IMG/VR virus record: IMGVR_UViG_3300010885_047555
Length of the DNA stretch: 64,000 nt
Strand: one strand, 5' to 3'
From: an uncultured virus (IMG/VR IMGVR_UViG_3300010885_047555)
Lineage: Duplodnaviria > Heunggongvirae > Uroviricota > Caudoviricetes
The translations under genes were made by a program, and so were the position numbers. How positions within the stretch are numbered: the first letter of the stretch is position 1; every line of letters begins with the position of its first letter. The notes below the pieces were generated by a model. The model worked only from the letters and a program-made list of their open reading frames with translations. It was not told where the DNA came from and searched no databases. Positions 17,601-28,137 of the stretch are shown piece after piece.

Positions 17601-19397
17601 CAACAAATTGGAGTAGCCGATCAGGGTGGCCTATATGGTGCGCAGATGGCACTGTCGGAACAAGCAAAATCTTACGCAAATACTTTTGGAAAAGGGCTTA
17701 CCGGAGCATATGATGAACTTCAAAAATTTAAAACAGCCGTTGGCAATACTGAAGACAAACTTTACAAGCTTGCACAAGCCGCTCAAGATGTTATTCTTTA
17801 CGAACAGCAAAGAAAGCAGCCATTTCAAACAAGAAATCAAAATTTCACTGACGTAACGGATAGATTCACAAATGCTGCCGAAGCTTACAAAAAGAACCCA
17901 AATGACAAATCTGTTCTTGACGAGTTTACTGCGTCTAAAACTGAATACGAAAAAAAGTCTGACGAATATCAATCTTTTGTTCAAGGTATTGTACAGACAA
18001 CAATAAGTTTTCAAAAGCAGATGACAAGATCCGATAGAGATTATAAAATTTCTATGAATCATTCTGAAAGAGATCATAATAAACAAATTCAAAGAATGAT
18101 TGAAGATGGAGCCAAGTCTTTATACGATCCATATTCAAGAATGACACCGCAAAGACGCAGTAGTGCGAATAGCCTTATTGGCAATATGGCTTCACAAACT
18201 CAAGCCCTTACTCAACAACGTCACAATTTGGACATTCTTAAAAAGGCAGGACTTTCAATAAAAGTTATTGACGCTTTAGGTCTTGGCACTCCAGATAAAG
18301 CTGGGCAAGCCGCTAGCCTTGTTGCTGAAATAAATTCTGACCCAGAGCTTATCGGTCAGTTGAATAGAGCTGTTCAGGGACAAATTAGCGCCGCCGGAAG
18401 TCTCCTTAAAAGTCAGTACAATAGATCTTATCGGCTTGGTGAAGAAGATAGAGCAACACAAATTAAAGACACCGCTGCGCAAAGAAAACAAGCTTTAGCA
18501 GATGCTACAACAGACTTAGCGGATTCATTCAAACAGATAACCGGTTCTATGAATGATATGGCCGCTACTGCTTTAACAAACCTTACAAAAATTCTTGGTA
18601 AGCAGGGCGGAGCAATCGGTAGGGAAATAAAAACTGCTGTTAAGTCTTATAAAAATGCTCAATTAGAGATGAGTCAAACAAGCGCTAGTGCAATTTATGC
18701 AACAGCTGGAAACATTGCAACTGGCGCGGCAACAAGTTTGTGGGGAAGAGGTCTTGAGCAGGGAGACGGCGGGCCTAAAATTGTTAAGCATAAAGGCGAT
18801 GATACCGGATTGTATTCGGTTGCTTACACTCTTGCCGCAATGGATAAAATTGACGCTGTCGATATTAAAAAAGCTTACGCATTCATCGCTGACCAATCTA
18901 AGTTGATTGGGATGCCGGCTGCGGGTCACGCTGTAGGAACTTACACAGACTCTAGCGGGAAAAATCCGCTTTATACTATTTTTCTTGGAGATGGGCAGGT
19001 CTCGTTTAACGGTGCTGCAATGTCCGAATCTGATTTCCGCAAACAGCACAAGGGTTACGTTTCAAAGGGTTGGAAAGCGTTTGCTGACGGCGGTATTGTA
19101 ACTGGCCCTACGGCTTCTGTTATTGGTGAGGCGGGACATCCCGAAGCGGTTATTCCGCTTAATTCCAGAGGATTTGGATTTATGGCTAACTACACCAATC
19201 AGGTGGCTAGAGAAGTCATGCAACTAAGCTACAAGTCTCCATTAAACCGCCCTACTGAATCTATGGGCAACACTTCAATTAACCGCTCTACGAACTTCTC
19301 TGGAGACGTTACCGTGGTTGCTAGCGACCCTAATGCTATGGCAAGACAACTTGAGCAAAAGGCAAGAATGAGCGCCTTGACGGGAGGCAGAAGATGA
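14616..19397 (+). CDS. tape measure protein
   Basis: 1593 aa, Ala/Gly-rich helical; TP901-like N-terminal core; C-terminal FADGGIVTGPT..IGEAG.PEAVIPL. Confidence 0.92.
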   Translation: MAEQTANVVLTADTSQYNSEIDASVQRTEKLKQSVNGLVTTMDKIGKGVRKGLFGFAAADAVLLTGLTLSASKFEKELGTLKATLTLSQKNTDAASASLSSYRKEIQTLSATIPASRQEVTGLMTMMAKLGASSDSATKATKSVLELGHATGESATAIANNLVQLNTQMGTSMGTVSKFSDQLAVLSVKANSSVESITSFASSLAPIARTAGMTQQQLLAVSAAFNKAGAEGFAAANAYNTILSDITNSIQTGSPAISKYSNLLGVTVEQFKKMGAAEYTSKLFNEISRGGPGAINLLNQLGIEGIRAQRAIQAVASSGGIEAMLGASQNSGGAAEKGSGAATQNLFDELQKNKNRIENFTTEVGKPLADMATKFLSVFNTVAEKIDEITKPFQGFLGVVLAVSGAIATLVAGMLSLTKIMAIPAMLSFLGKSTLVGSFRAGAGSSSSLVQSYNDKQGYYQSLRNQGLSHAEANNEMRSPSGAYGPMAPMKPMGLVEKGSYQFGQMARQAGFTEGGGGNALFKGIGAGLQGFAAYNRWSAGFMDDARKDGWARGSVPGTTPGGSGMGFGAGMKDIGASFKGLFDGTKTLGEGFKDLGKSTLTLGPAFQNLGKKIGESAILNSTVSRGVAALVGSFAQLSFASLRLAASFVGAIGKFMMQQIGGSLLGMATNPIMLLMGGMMLKNKYDEDLAALKKPFDEASMAIRKYDDALGISTKKILSFSDAVDQARGNTTNNAVNVSTASTVNSSDTAIAASKPYTNDAVKNLTKDEAPSWVRRLGITDPKEMEAVKFDLIKRFGSVDAQKIIDSAVGSTNTAKDIRVQDLEKSVSFGTTVTQSARGKYNTPTTDWRSEMTPEAISKFKENSFGAVGTFSAQQTQKYGVKAGEQAGYVGFLRLLKGIKDIDPTYRTKYIEMLQDQYLGGKSIGYDSTDTEKTILKKIGNETIKKQFGDDVSATGIKEAEATLKRMQTTGRNTITDRIQNSGAIGIFATDRNIQQIGVADQGGLYGAQMALSEQAKSYANTFGKGLTGAYDELQKFKTAVGNTEDKLYKLAQAAQDVILYEQQRKQPFQTRNQNFTDVTDRFTNAAEAYKKNPNDKSVLDEFTASKTEYEKKSDEYQSFVQGIVQTTISFQKQMTRSDRDYKISMNHSERDHNKQIQRMIEDGAKSLYDPYSRMTPQRRSSANSLIGNMASQTQALTQQRHNLDILKKAGLSIKVIDALGLGTPDKAGQAASLVAEINSDPELIGQLNRAVQGQISAAGSLLKSQYNRSYRLGEEDRATQIKDTAAQRKQALADATTDLADSFKQITGSMNDMAATALTNLTKILGKQGGAIGREIKTAVKSYKNAQLEMSQTSASAIYATAGNIATGAATSLWGRGLEQGDGGPKIVKHKGDDTGLYSVAYTLAAMDKIDAVDIKKAYAFIADQSKLIGMPAAGHAVGTYTDSSGKNPLYTIFLGDGQVSFNGAAMSESDFRKQHKGYVSKGWKAFADGGIVTGPTASVIGEAGHPEAVIPLNSRGFGFMANYTNQVAREVMQLSYKSPLNRPTESMGNTSINRSTNFSGDVTVVASDPNAMARQLEQKARMSALTGGRR

Positions 19398-19858
19398 CAG
19401 ATATTCCCACGCGTCCAATCGCTGATTCCGCGTTTGCAATGTCTATTTATACATCTGCTGGAACCTGGCTAAATTTAAACGATAAATCGAATTATGTTGT
19501 AGCTGGAGATTCCTTGGGAAACGTTGCTACCTCGTGGAGAAAGACTGAAGTTCAAAACCCTTACGTTGAAGGAAAATTTCTCGTTCACGCTGTCAAAGAA
19601 ATGGTTACTGAGGACATTAAAGTTTGGGTTTCAGGATCAAGTCAATCTTTATTACGAGACAATATAGACGCTATTGTTGATCAATTTAGTCAACTTAGTT
19701 ACCAAGTTAAATTTAATTTTGGAAACTCTCAAATTACTTGGAATTGCCAAACTGCCGATTATTCAATTGAAATGACAAGAGAGTACATGCACGCAATGTA
19801 CGTACCTGTAAAATTTAGTGTACCAAGATTTCCAACCGTTATCAGGAGTACGATTTAA
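19394..19858 (+). CDS. minor tail protein (distal-tail position)
   Basis: Immediately after the tape measure gene, ATGA overlap. Confidence 0.65.
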   Translation: MTDIPTRPIADSAFAMSIYTSAGTWLNLNDKSNYVVAGDSLGNVATSWRKTEVQNPYVEGKFLVHAVKEMVTEDIKVWVSGSSQSLLRDNIDAIVDQFSQLSYQVKFNFGNSQITWNCQTADYSIEMTREYMHAMYVPVKFSVPRFPTVIRSTI

Positions 19859-21889
19859 ATGGCTCAATTGTCCACGTACGGAGCTAAATACTTTATAAAT
19901 TGTCTATTTGGTAAATCTCAAACTCCATATAGCACGTTTTATTTGGGCCTTTCGACGGCACCAATTTACGAATATAATAACGGTTCTGGTATTTCTGAGC
20001 CGAGCGCTGCCAATGGATATGCTAGACAATCGTATGTAAACTCTTATTCCGGTGCCCTAGCAACCATTATTGCCAAGAAAATTGAATCAAGCGTTGCAAC
20101 TGTAATCACGCAGGCTTCGCATGGATATGTCGCTGGGCAAAGAATTAGCGTATCGGTCAATGACCCCCAATTTGATAAAACTGGTAAGTCAACTTCGTAC
20201 TGGACTACTGATGCAACCGAAGTTGTAGCGGCTCCTACGACCACTTCTTTCACTTACGCGTGCGTAGCCGCAAACGTTGGCGGGGCAATTACTTCTTTAA
20301 CTAGATCCTCCAATGTAGTTACGGTCGTAACAAGCGCAGCCCATAACCTATCTATAGGTCAAACTATATACATAACAAACACAACTAGCGGAACTTTTAA
20401 TGGAATTTATAAAATTCAAAGTTCATCAAGTGCTAGTAATTTTACCTATAGTCAAGTTGGAGCAAATGAAACCGAATCATCTTCTCCAGGATTTGTTTAC
20501 GTATCGACTTCTGGTTCCGCTAAGCCCTTCGTCAACATAGTTGGTGCGCGACAAGTTTCTTCAGCATCAGCGTTTCTTTTTACAGATACAAGTTCTTTAC
20601 TTTCAGCTGGCGATTATGTTTCTATTTCAAGTGGAAGCAATTCAAGCGTAGATACTTTTAGAACTACACAATTACCCAATCTGGCAATAGGAAACGACTA
20701 CATTGACGATTCTAGACAAGTTCTTTCCGCGAATAACTCTTTAAACATTGTTTCCTACGCCAATAGTACATTTGAAGGAACACACGGATGGACCGCCACT
20801 GGTGGAACCACATCGACTGTTTCAAAATCTGTTGCAGGAGAGACTAACTATTTTCAAGCAGTAAGAGCTTCTGGCACAACAAACTTAGTATTTACCTCTG
20901 ATTACGTTATTGGAATTACCGCTGGATCAAGATACGCAATTGGTTTAGATTACCAAGCGTCTTTGGCTGGCGCCACTGGAACTGTATTAACCGTAAGTTG
21001 GTATCCATCATCTGGATCTACACCTATAACCGGCTCCCCGGTAACGGTAAAGGCGCAAACTGGAACAACGACTGGCTGGTCTACACTTTACGAAACTTTA
21101 GTTGCTCCAGCACTTGCTACTAGGGCAAAAATAACGTTTACTCACGTTAGTGCCACTGGCGCGAATACTGTAAAAATTAGAAAGCCAATCATTGCCCTTA
21201 CTCCAGAGGCGCCAACAATTACTCAATCTGGTGGAACAATCCCTACACATTTTAGAATTAGCGCGATAACTCCGAGCGGAGAAACTCCTCCAGGTGCTTT
21301 TGTTCAAGCTAGTATTTTAACCACTGGAACCGTCAGTTATACGATTCCAACCGTTTATTCTGGAGCAACTGCATACAGGATTTATGCGTATGTTGGAAAC
21401 ATTGAAAACTCTGTTATTAACAATGCATATTTAAAACCGCAACTAGTTACTACCGTTACAGCCACGAGCGGAACTTTTGCAGCCTCACTAGTGCCCTCCA
21501 CGGGTTTTTCTAAAACTTGGTCAGCTTTTTGGTATCCAGGAGGATACACAGCTGGCATAACTAGTGTAGTTTCAGATTCAATTAGAGATGGTGTCTATTC
21601 GGATACTAGATTTTCTCCAGCAAGCAATGGCGCTTTTGGGTATGCATCAAAACTTGCGAATTGGATTACCGAATCAGATGGACATGTCTTTAACGGGTCT
21701 AATATTTTATTTGGTCCATGTACTACTTCTGATTGGGGAACTTTAGTTAGTTGGTTTATTAGCGACAGCCAATATGGCGGAAATGTAATTGCGTATGGAA
21801 CCCTATACGATAAAATTAACATTTCAGTTGGAGACACTTTTTCTTTTGGTTACGGATCTATTTCTTTCAAGCTTTTCTCTGGATATTAA
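19859..21889 (+). CDS. minor tail protein with large multi-domain insertion (repeated beta domains and a CBM-like domain)
   Basis: N-terminus FYLGLST..EPS..GYARQ and C-terminus DWGTL..WFISDS..GGNVIAYGTL bracket about 530 aa of Ser/Thr-rich domains. Confidence 0.7.
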   Translation: MAQLSTYGAKYFINCLFGKSQTPYSTFYLGLSTAPIYEYNNGSGISEPSAANGYARQSYVNSYSGALATIIAKKIESSVATVITQASHGYVAGQRISVSVNDPQFDKTGKSTSYWTTDATEVVAAPTTTSFTYACVAANVGGAITSLTRSSNVVTVVTSAAHNLSIGQTIYITNTTSGTFNGIYKIQSSSSASNFTYSQVGANETESSSPGFVYVSTSGSAKPFVNIVGARQVSSASAFLFTDTSSLLSAGDYVSISSGSNSSVDTFRTTQLPNLAIGNDYIDDSRQVLSANNSLNIVSYANSTFEGTHGWTATGGTTSTVSKSVAGETNYFQAVRASGTTNLVFTSDYVIGITAGSRYAIGLDYQASLAGATGTVLTVSWYPSSGSTPITGSPVTVKAQTGTTTGWSTLYETLVAPALATRAKITFTHVSATGANTVKIRKPIIALTPEAPTITQSGGTIPTHFRISAITPSGETPPGAFVQASILTTGTVSYTIPTVYSGATAYRIYAYVGNIENSVINNAYLKPQLVTTVTATSGTFAASLVPSTGFSKTWSAFWYPGGYTAGITSVVSDSIRDGVYSDTRFSPASNGAFGYASKLANWITESDGHVFNGSNILFGPCTTSDWGTLVSWFISDSQYGGNVIAYGTLYDKINISVGDTFSFGYGSISFKLFSGY

Positions 21890-24472
21890 ATGACAGATTA
21901 CATTAGTCAGGGAGTCGGAGAAATTCTTGTTTCTTTTGAGGGAAAAGCAAAAGGAAAAAATAGTCAATATTCCGTTTCAGCAAATAGTTCTTTGGCAAAA
22001 ATTGTTCCTTTGAGAAAAGCTTACATTAAGCTCGACGATTATGTAATTGTCGACGGCGTTCCTAGAAAGAAATTTGATGCTGGTGCTAGATATTCCGTAA
22101 CCTCTACTGCTTCGGCAACAAAAACTTTTTACGAAAAATCAAGTAATCCAAAATCTGTAGATTTGGGACAAACTTTAAGATTTGCTCTTGGAGAATCTTC
22201 CGATAGCGTTGGAAGATGGCGTGGAGACGGCAACGACAAATATGCGGTTACTTATACTGGCGGCGTAGCAACAAACGGATATTATCACCCGGCAATCATT
22301 GGACCAGCTGGATACGCAGCAAATTTTAAAATTGGTGATTTTGTTACCCTTGAATCAAATGGCAGCGGATCTGGAAATTACGTTATTTACGACATAGCGT
22401 CTGACAATAGTTTTGTAAATCTATTATCTTCTATAGATATTGGAACTAGTAGCGACGGTACTGCGCGTTTGTATCTTAAAAAACAAATTTCTCCATATTC
22501 ATCAGGAACAATCAGAGATTCTGTTTTATTTAATTTGTACTCTCCAACTAAATATTCTGGAAAAGTTTCTCTTGGTTCCACCTATACAGTTGATACTGAC
22601 CTTGGAGATTATTCAGTTTTAAATATAACAACGAGCAATACCCATTGGTTTTATTCTGGTTTAGAAATTATTATTCCAGCATCTGCCTGGAGTGGTTCCA
22701 CTACTTGGACTGGAAAAAATGGTACTGAAGTCTATGTGGTAGATGGAGTTTCTGGTGATAAAAGTTTTACAATTTTAGCTAGAAAAAATTGGACTCCAGC
22801 AACCCCTACATACACATTTAACTCTGGGTATTACGCGTATCCAAATATAACTCCAGAATACGGAAACCACTCATACATTCAAGAAGAAAAATTATATTCA
22901 TATAACTCTTTAGATTTTTATAATACAAATTTAAGTCATCTATACACATCTCCGAAGCGTTTGGGGGCGGTTGACGAATTTAGCATGTGCATAGTTGCGG
23001 CTCCAAAACAAAATGACAGTCTTATGTCAATTCTTAGTGGCGTGGATACAACAATTTATGAATCAAATAATTATGCATTCAATGATAGAAACGCATCTGC
23101 ATCTTGCAGAATTTTGTCAATTTCAAGAGCCGCCGGCATAACCACTGTAAACTTGGCTACTCCTGGATTTCAATTTTCAGTAGCAGATTCTTTTACCATT
23201 AAAAACATTTTTGATAATAGTTTTAATGGAACTTACACAGTATTAACAGCTCCCAGCGCAGTTCAGTTTACATATAAAAATCCCGGACAAGATGTTACCT
23301 ATACAACGGTTCCAGATGGTTCTGTTTTTATTTATACAACCACAGAAGACGATAAGTACAGAACGGGATCTCCGTTTATTTGGCAAAGAGGCGATACTGT
23401 ATTTTTTGGTGATGACCAAACTAATTTAGATTTTGTAAAAACTAGCTCTAATGCGTCTAAAGAGTCTCCAAACTATTATCTTATTTCTTGTGCAAAAGAC
23501 AGTATTAGTCTTTATGTTTCAAATAAATACGGAGTAGTTAATAAAACCGTTTCAAGAAAACTACAAAAGAATAGAAAAAATTTAATTACAAATCCAGATT
23601 TTGCAGCCGGCTCCTCTGGTTGGACTGGCGGTACAAGAACTCTTTCTGCCAATAATGCATTTTACGGAAGTGATTATGTACTTGCGTTGGGAACAGAAAC
23701 ATCAGCAACTGCTCCTTTTTCTGCGTATGCTAGAGACACCTCTGGAAACGTTACACTGACAGTAGCAAATGCTTTTACGGCTGGAGAGTTCTTTTACATT
23801 CCGCAGATGTCAGATGCAAACTGGGTTTCAAATTTTCCTACTGCTTTGTACGGAGTAATTCAAAGCAGGACTTCTACGACAATTGTTTTTAATCAGGGAA
23901 ATACAAATTACCCACTTTCTTCGTATACAGCACTATCGGTCTCAGGATTGTCACTATCTCAACTTCCGCGACAAAGCGCTAAAACATATACAACCGCCTT
24001 TGTAGACCAAAAAGATAATATTGGTTTTAGTTTTGCCGCAATGGGATCTGCAGGATCTGTGTGGGCAGCTTTTTATAATGGTGCAACGTTACTTGAAACC
24101 AGATTCATTTCCGCCTTTAGTGATGCTTCTCCACTTTCTGGAACGTGGTCAGATTATTTAATTATTAATAGAGCTTCTTCACTTGTTAAAAACTCTCCCG
24201 CTACTACTACCGCAATTAGATTTTATATTGCAGGGAACACGACTAAAATTAGCGGCGTAGTAGCTGAGCCAAATCCTCAAAATTATAATTATTTTGTAGG
24301 AGATGGTCCAAAATATGACCTTGATTTTTCCGTAGGTAGAATGACCGGAACATTTTCACCAGAAACCATATTTAACGGAGCCTTGTTAGAAGTGGATTAT
24401 TGGAATTCAGCGCTAGACTATTCCGCAGTTAACGAAGTGTTTGCCAAACTTAGAACGGTTTATGGTGGTTAA
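21890..24472 (+). CDS. minor tail protein / receptor-binding candidate
   Basis: Tail module; NLITNPDF..G.SGW carbohydrate-binding-like start; LamG-like C-terminus. Confidence 0.65.
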   Translation: MTDYISQGVGEILVSFEGKAKGKNSQYSVSANSSLAKIVPLRKAYIKLDDYVIVDGVPRKKFDAGARYSVTSTASATKTFYEKSSNPKSVDLGQTLRFALGESSDSVGRWRGDGNDKYAVTYTGGVATNGYYHPAIIGPAGYAANFKIGDFVTLESNGSGSGNYVIYDIASDNSFVNLLSSIDIGTSSDGTARLYLKKQISPYSSGTIRDSVLFNLYSPTKYSGKVSLGSTYTVDTDLGDYSVLNITTSNTHWFYSGLEIIIPASAWSGSTTWTGKNGTEVYVVDGVSGDKSFTILARKNWTPATPTYTFNSGYYAYPNITPEYGNHSYIQEEKLYSYNSLDFYNTNLSHLYTSPKRLGAVDEFSMCIVAAPKQNDSLMSILSGVDTTIYESNNYAFNDRNASASCRILSISRAAGITTVNLATPGFQFSVADSFTIKNIFDNSFNGTYTVLTAPSAVQFTYKNPGQDVTYTTVPDGSVFIYTTTEDDKYRTGSPFIWQRGDTVFFGDDQTNLDFVKTSSNASKESPNYYLISCAKDSISLYVSNKYGVVNKTVSRKLQKNRKNLITNPDFAAGSSGWTGGTRTLSANNAFYGSDYVLALGTETSATAPFSAYARDTSGNVTLTVANAFTAGEFFYIPQMSDANWVSNFPTALYGVIQSRTSTTIVFNQGNTNYPLSSYTALSVSGLSLSQLPRQSAKTYTTAFVDQKDNIGFSFAAMGSAGSVWAAFYNGATLLETRFISAFSDASPLSGTWSDYLIINRASSLVKNSPATTTAIRFYIAGNTTKISGVVAEPNPQNYNYFVGDGPKYDLDFSVGRMTGTFSPETIFNGALLEVDYWNSALDYSAVNEVFAKLRTVYGG

Positions 24473-27403
24473 ATGAACGGTACAACTGCTTACATGTACG
24501 ACAATTCAGCGCTTGGATATTACAGAGTTTTTGCCAAGCCAAACGGCAGCGATGTTAAATATGAAATTACGTTTTTCAGGGATTCTCCGATAAATATCGG
24601 CAATATCTCTCATGCGGATCCGTTTGGCGATAAATCGCTTTCTTTTACAGTCAATAGCGCTACCGTATACGACACTCCTGGTACCGGTGATTTATCTTGG
24701 CTATCTCCTTGGTCTCAAATTGAAGTTGTGTGGCAGGTAGACGAAAATGCAGATGCAGTTACTTCAAGACTTCTAAGTAACTGGAAGTGGGAAGGCGTAA
24801 TTGCATCATGGAGCTTTTCTCAAAATGAGACTACTGGAAATATATCTGTTGAATGTGTGGGGGCTTTGTATATTCTTGACAATATGCTTGCTATTCCATT
24901 TTATCCAACGCGACCAATACCAAAAGAAATACTCATTAGAAAGATTATGGATAGGGCTCACGACTACCATTACGGCCTTGGAGAATTTAGCGGCATATCT
25001 TCTGATACAAGTCCAACAGAATTAGAAATTTACAGATCTAGCGATTATCAATATACTATTAAAAATCCAGCTTATCTAAATGACGGAGACCTTTGGTCTG
25101 GATCCGCTACGCGAGATACTGGACAACGCGATAAAGCTCTTACGGGTTTTATAAATCAATTGCTTTCTGATATGTATTCAAAAACTGGCAAACAGTGGAC
25201 CTTAATGAATCTTAAGGATAGAAAATCTGTTTTAAAAGTTAGAAAATATTATGATGAAATATATGCAGATAACAACAAAACTAACGAAGAAATTTTGTAT
25301 ATCGATGCCCTTACGCCTGGCGTCACAATTAATTTAACTCAAGATTTTTCTCAAACTGCAAATGTTGTCTATGGCACTGGCTCTTCAAGCGAAGGAAAAA
25401 AGTTTACTTCTCCCAATGGAGATTACATCTTTAGTCCGCAGGGTCAAAACTCAAGTTCATATTTTTATACTGAACAAATAGCTCAACCTTTTTCTTTTGA
25501 AAAAACTGTTCACCCAATATCGAATAATCCAGAGTTAAATACTAACTTTTTAAGAAAAGAAGCAAATGTAGATTTTACTACATCTTTAGATGCTCTTCAG
25601 GCTAAAGCGGTTGCTGATAGGCAACTTGCGATTATGAAAGATGCTGGTTATACGGGAACAATAAACATTAAAGTAGATCCGCACCTTGGCAATGATTTTG
25701 CTTTTCCTCGTTATTTAATTCAGGCCGGACAATCAATAATTGTTTATTTTGGCAACACTGGTAAAAGAGTTATCTTTAATATTGCCGAATGCAGTTTAAA
25801 CATTGAATCTGGAGAAGTATCTCTTACTGTTGACTCAAAAAGGCGCGATTTAATTACTTTACAAGAGGTTCACGCTAGAGCTTACGATGCCTTAAATATG
25901 AAGCGCGCTCTTTCCATCGCTGGAATTTCAAACGATATTCCACAACAAGATATTTTACTCCCTTGGAATCCAAGTACTTCTGGAATATTTCCTCAAGGAA
26001 AAATTGGAAAAATTGTGTCTAAAAAAGTGTGGAGCAGGGATCTTCGCAAATTAATTACAAAAAAAGTTATGGAATACACCACCTACAACGGCGCTAATCT
26101 TTTTAAAATTATTGATAACGCAAATGAAGTATTTCCGTGGACAAATGTAACCGAAGCGCACCCACCAACTGGTGCGTATGCAAATAGTTACATTAAAAAG
26201 GGCGTAGCTAGTGCAAGCAATCCGAACAAAAACTGGGTTGGACCAATACCAATTCTTTTGTCATCTCAGGGAAACATCGGTTTAACGCAAATTGCTGCCT
26301 ATTATGCGGATGGAACTATTGCTCCAGTTGAATTTCACGTTTCTTTGTATTATGAGCCAAGCGTTAGCGCATCAGCAATGCCTCAAATTTTTACCAGAAT
26401 TCAATCATATTTAAAACCCATTAAAAGCAGTAAATACTCAAGTGGATATGTTTTTTACACTTTTAAAGAAAAGCACGGAGTTCCTCTAACTGCAACCGAT
26501 TGGTTAGTTGCAGCTTCTAGCCTTACTCATCCAGATACAACTCCTGCTGCCGATTGGTCTACTACTGCGGTAGCCCTCATCCCCGTTGATGAATACACGG
26601 TCAAATGGGCTAAAGCCACTTCTCCAACTGGAATTGCTCCCAATTCTGGAAGCGCCACATTAAGCAAAACAACAAAACCAAAACAGAGAACAACAACAGG
26701 AGCGTCTATAAATTGCAGTGAATACACGATTAGTTTCAACGCAACAAAACAGGTTTACTTGGTAATGATGAAAATTCAAGGCAGTGGTCCCAAGGCATGG
26801 CAAGATTTTGTTTCTTACGCTGGAGCTCCCATAGTAACAACGGGATTTACTAACGCGGTTCTTAATGGCTCTTTTACAACGGTAAATTCTGGAATATCTG
26901 GTTATATTGCTTATCAAGTAGACGCAACCGCTGGAGCGGTTCAAGTAGGAAATTTTCCTAATTCGCAGTATCCAGAAACAATTAAAATTAGTTCTGGGAC
27001 TACTGGATATCAGAATGGAGCGTATCCATTTTTTGAATATGCTTTTGAAACAAGATTCGAAGACGGAACTACAATCGATTCCGATATTAGTAATGCCCAA
27101 TATGCATTTCCAACCGTTGCACTAGTAGTGGGCTGGGGAAATTATTGGCAACCAGCTGGCTATGGAAATGGCCTATATACAACTGGGGCACAAAAAACTG
27201 GAACTTTAATAGACCAAGATTCTTGGAGTTATAACACAGAAACCTACGCTTCTGGAGTAAACGCGGTAAACTACCAACAGCCTGCGGCAAACGCTGGCGA
27301 ACAACAATTTGGCATTGTATACGCGATGATTTATTGTGATGATAACGCAGAAACGCCCGTTTACTTTCTCGGTAGAATGTGGCCAGATACGAGGAGCATG
27401 TAA
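24473..27403 (+). CDS. large minor tail protein (hub/tip)
   Basis: 976 aa in the tail module; ADPFGD, WEGVIAS and ANVVYG.G motifs. Confidence 0.7.
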   Translation: MNGTTAYMYDNSALGYYRVFAKPNGSDVKYEITFFRDSPINIGNISHADPFGDKSLSFTVNSATVYDTPGTGDLSWLSPWSQIEVVWQVDENADAVTSRLLSNWKWEGVIASWSFSQNETTGNISVECVGALYILDNMLAIPFYPTRPIPKEILIRKIMDRAHDYHYGLGEFSGISSDTSPTELEIYRSSDYQYTIKNPAYLNDGDLWSGSATRDTGQRDKALTGFINQLLSDMYSKTGKQWTLMNLKDRKSVLKVRKYYDEIYADNNKTNEEILYIDALTPGVTINLTQDFSQTANVVYGTGSSSEGKKFTSPNGDYIFSPQGQNSSSYFYTEQIAQPFSFEKTVHPISNNPELNTNFLRKEANVDFTTSLDALQAKAVADRQLAIMKDAGYTGTINIKVDPHLGNDFAFPRYLIQAGQSIIVYFGNTGKRVIFNIAECSLNIESGEVSLTVDSKRRDLITLQEVHARAYDALNMKRALSIAGISNDIPQQDILLPWNPSTSGIFPQGKIGKIVSKKVWSRDLRKLITKKVMEYTTYNGANLFKIIDNANEVFPWTNVTEAHPPTGAYANSYIKKGVASASNPNKNWVGPIPILLSSQGNIGLTQIAAYYADGTIAPVEFHVSLYYEPSVSASAMPQIFTRIQSYLKPIKSSKYSSGYVFYTFKEKHGVPLTATDWLVAASSLTHPDTTPAADWSTTAVALIPVDEYTVKWAKATSPTGIAPNSGSATLSKTTKPKQRTTTGASINCSEYTISFNATKQVYLVMMKIQGSGPKAWQDFVSYAGAPIVTTGFTNAVLNGSFTTVNSGISGYIAYQVDATAGAVQVGNFPNSQYPETIKISSGTTGYQNGAYPFFEYAFETRFEDGTTIDSDISNAQYAFPTVALVVGWGNYWQPAGYGNGLYTTGAQKTGTLIDQDSWSYNTETYASGVNAVNYQQPAANAGEQQFGIVYAMIYCDDNAETPVYFLGRMWPDTRSM

Positions 27404-27777
27404 TGGCAATTTTAGGAGATGCAACAATTAATGGGTGGTTAACCTATTTGTCTGGTTTCACTTACCAAGTCTCCCTTCATACGTCCAATCCGGCTGACAA
27501 TCCAGTAAATCCAGCGGCCAGTGAAATTTCTGGTGGCACCTACACACGCAAGACTACTGGCTTCACTGCGGACCTAACCAATAACAAGTTCTCCAATAGC
27601 GCCATAGTGGCTTTTGACGGGCTTCCAGCGGCCTACATAACTCACGTGGGTATCTGGTATACCTCAGGGGCTTCTAGCGGCTCTATGGCCTTTGCATTGC
27701 CTTTGAGTAGCCCATTTACCAGTACAAACGGATCAACTTGGAGCATTGCCGCTGGAGAAAGTTCACTTCTTCTGTAA
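27403..27777 (+). CDS. small minor tail protein
   Basis: AGGAG RBS and TAATG coupling; VSLHT.NP...EISGGTYTRK...ITHVGIW. Confidence 0.7.
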   Translation: MAILGDATINGWLTYLSGFTYQVSLHTSNPADNPVNPAASEISGGTYTRKTTGFTADLTNNKFSNSAIVAFDGLPAAYITHVGIWYTSGASSGSMAFALPLSSPFTSTNGSTWSIAAGESSLLL

Positions 27778-27785
27778 AATGGCAC

Positions 27786-27837
27786 AAAAAAAGGACCGCC
27801 CACCGCCCCCGAAGGGGCGGCAGACGGTCTCTTTTTA
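27786..27837. terminator. bidirectional intrinsic terminator between convergent transcription units
   Basis: A7-ggaccg..ccgcccc-cgaa-ggggcgg..cggtct-cT5. Confidence 0.85.
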
Positions 27838-28137
27838 TAGGCAACAATCAGCTGCTTCTTCTGCAGTGTAGTACTTGTACTCACATCTACCACACTGCCA
27901 TAGTTCGCTTATAGTGTCTGGTTCCTCTTCTAAATCGCAACTATCTTGACATCGCCAACGATTTTCGTGATGCCAAGATTCGGAAAAGTAGTTGCCATTA
28001 TTGTCTCTTGAGGCGTCGTCATTATTAATGACTATGACTTCAATTTCATATAACGTATCAGCGTCGTAGTAGCAATCGCAACCAGGACACCGATAAACGG
28101 TGTCACTCTTCAGTTTTTTCGCGTGCATCTTTATCAT
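27835..28137 (-). CDS. Cys-rich zinc-ribbon-like hypothetical protein
   Basis: Several CxxC motifs; last gene of the leftward block. Confidence 0.6.
   Translation of the reverse strand: MIKMHAKKLKSDTVYRCPGCDCYYDADTLYEIEVIVINNDDASRDNNGNYFSESWHHENRWRCQDSCDLEEEPDTISELWQCGRCEYKYYTAEEAADCCL

Noticed and set aside
18780..19080. Peptidoglycan hydrolase (NlpC/CHAP) domain at the tape measure C-terminus
   Set aside because: Only a vague resemblance; no catalytic Cys/His pair visible
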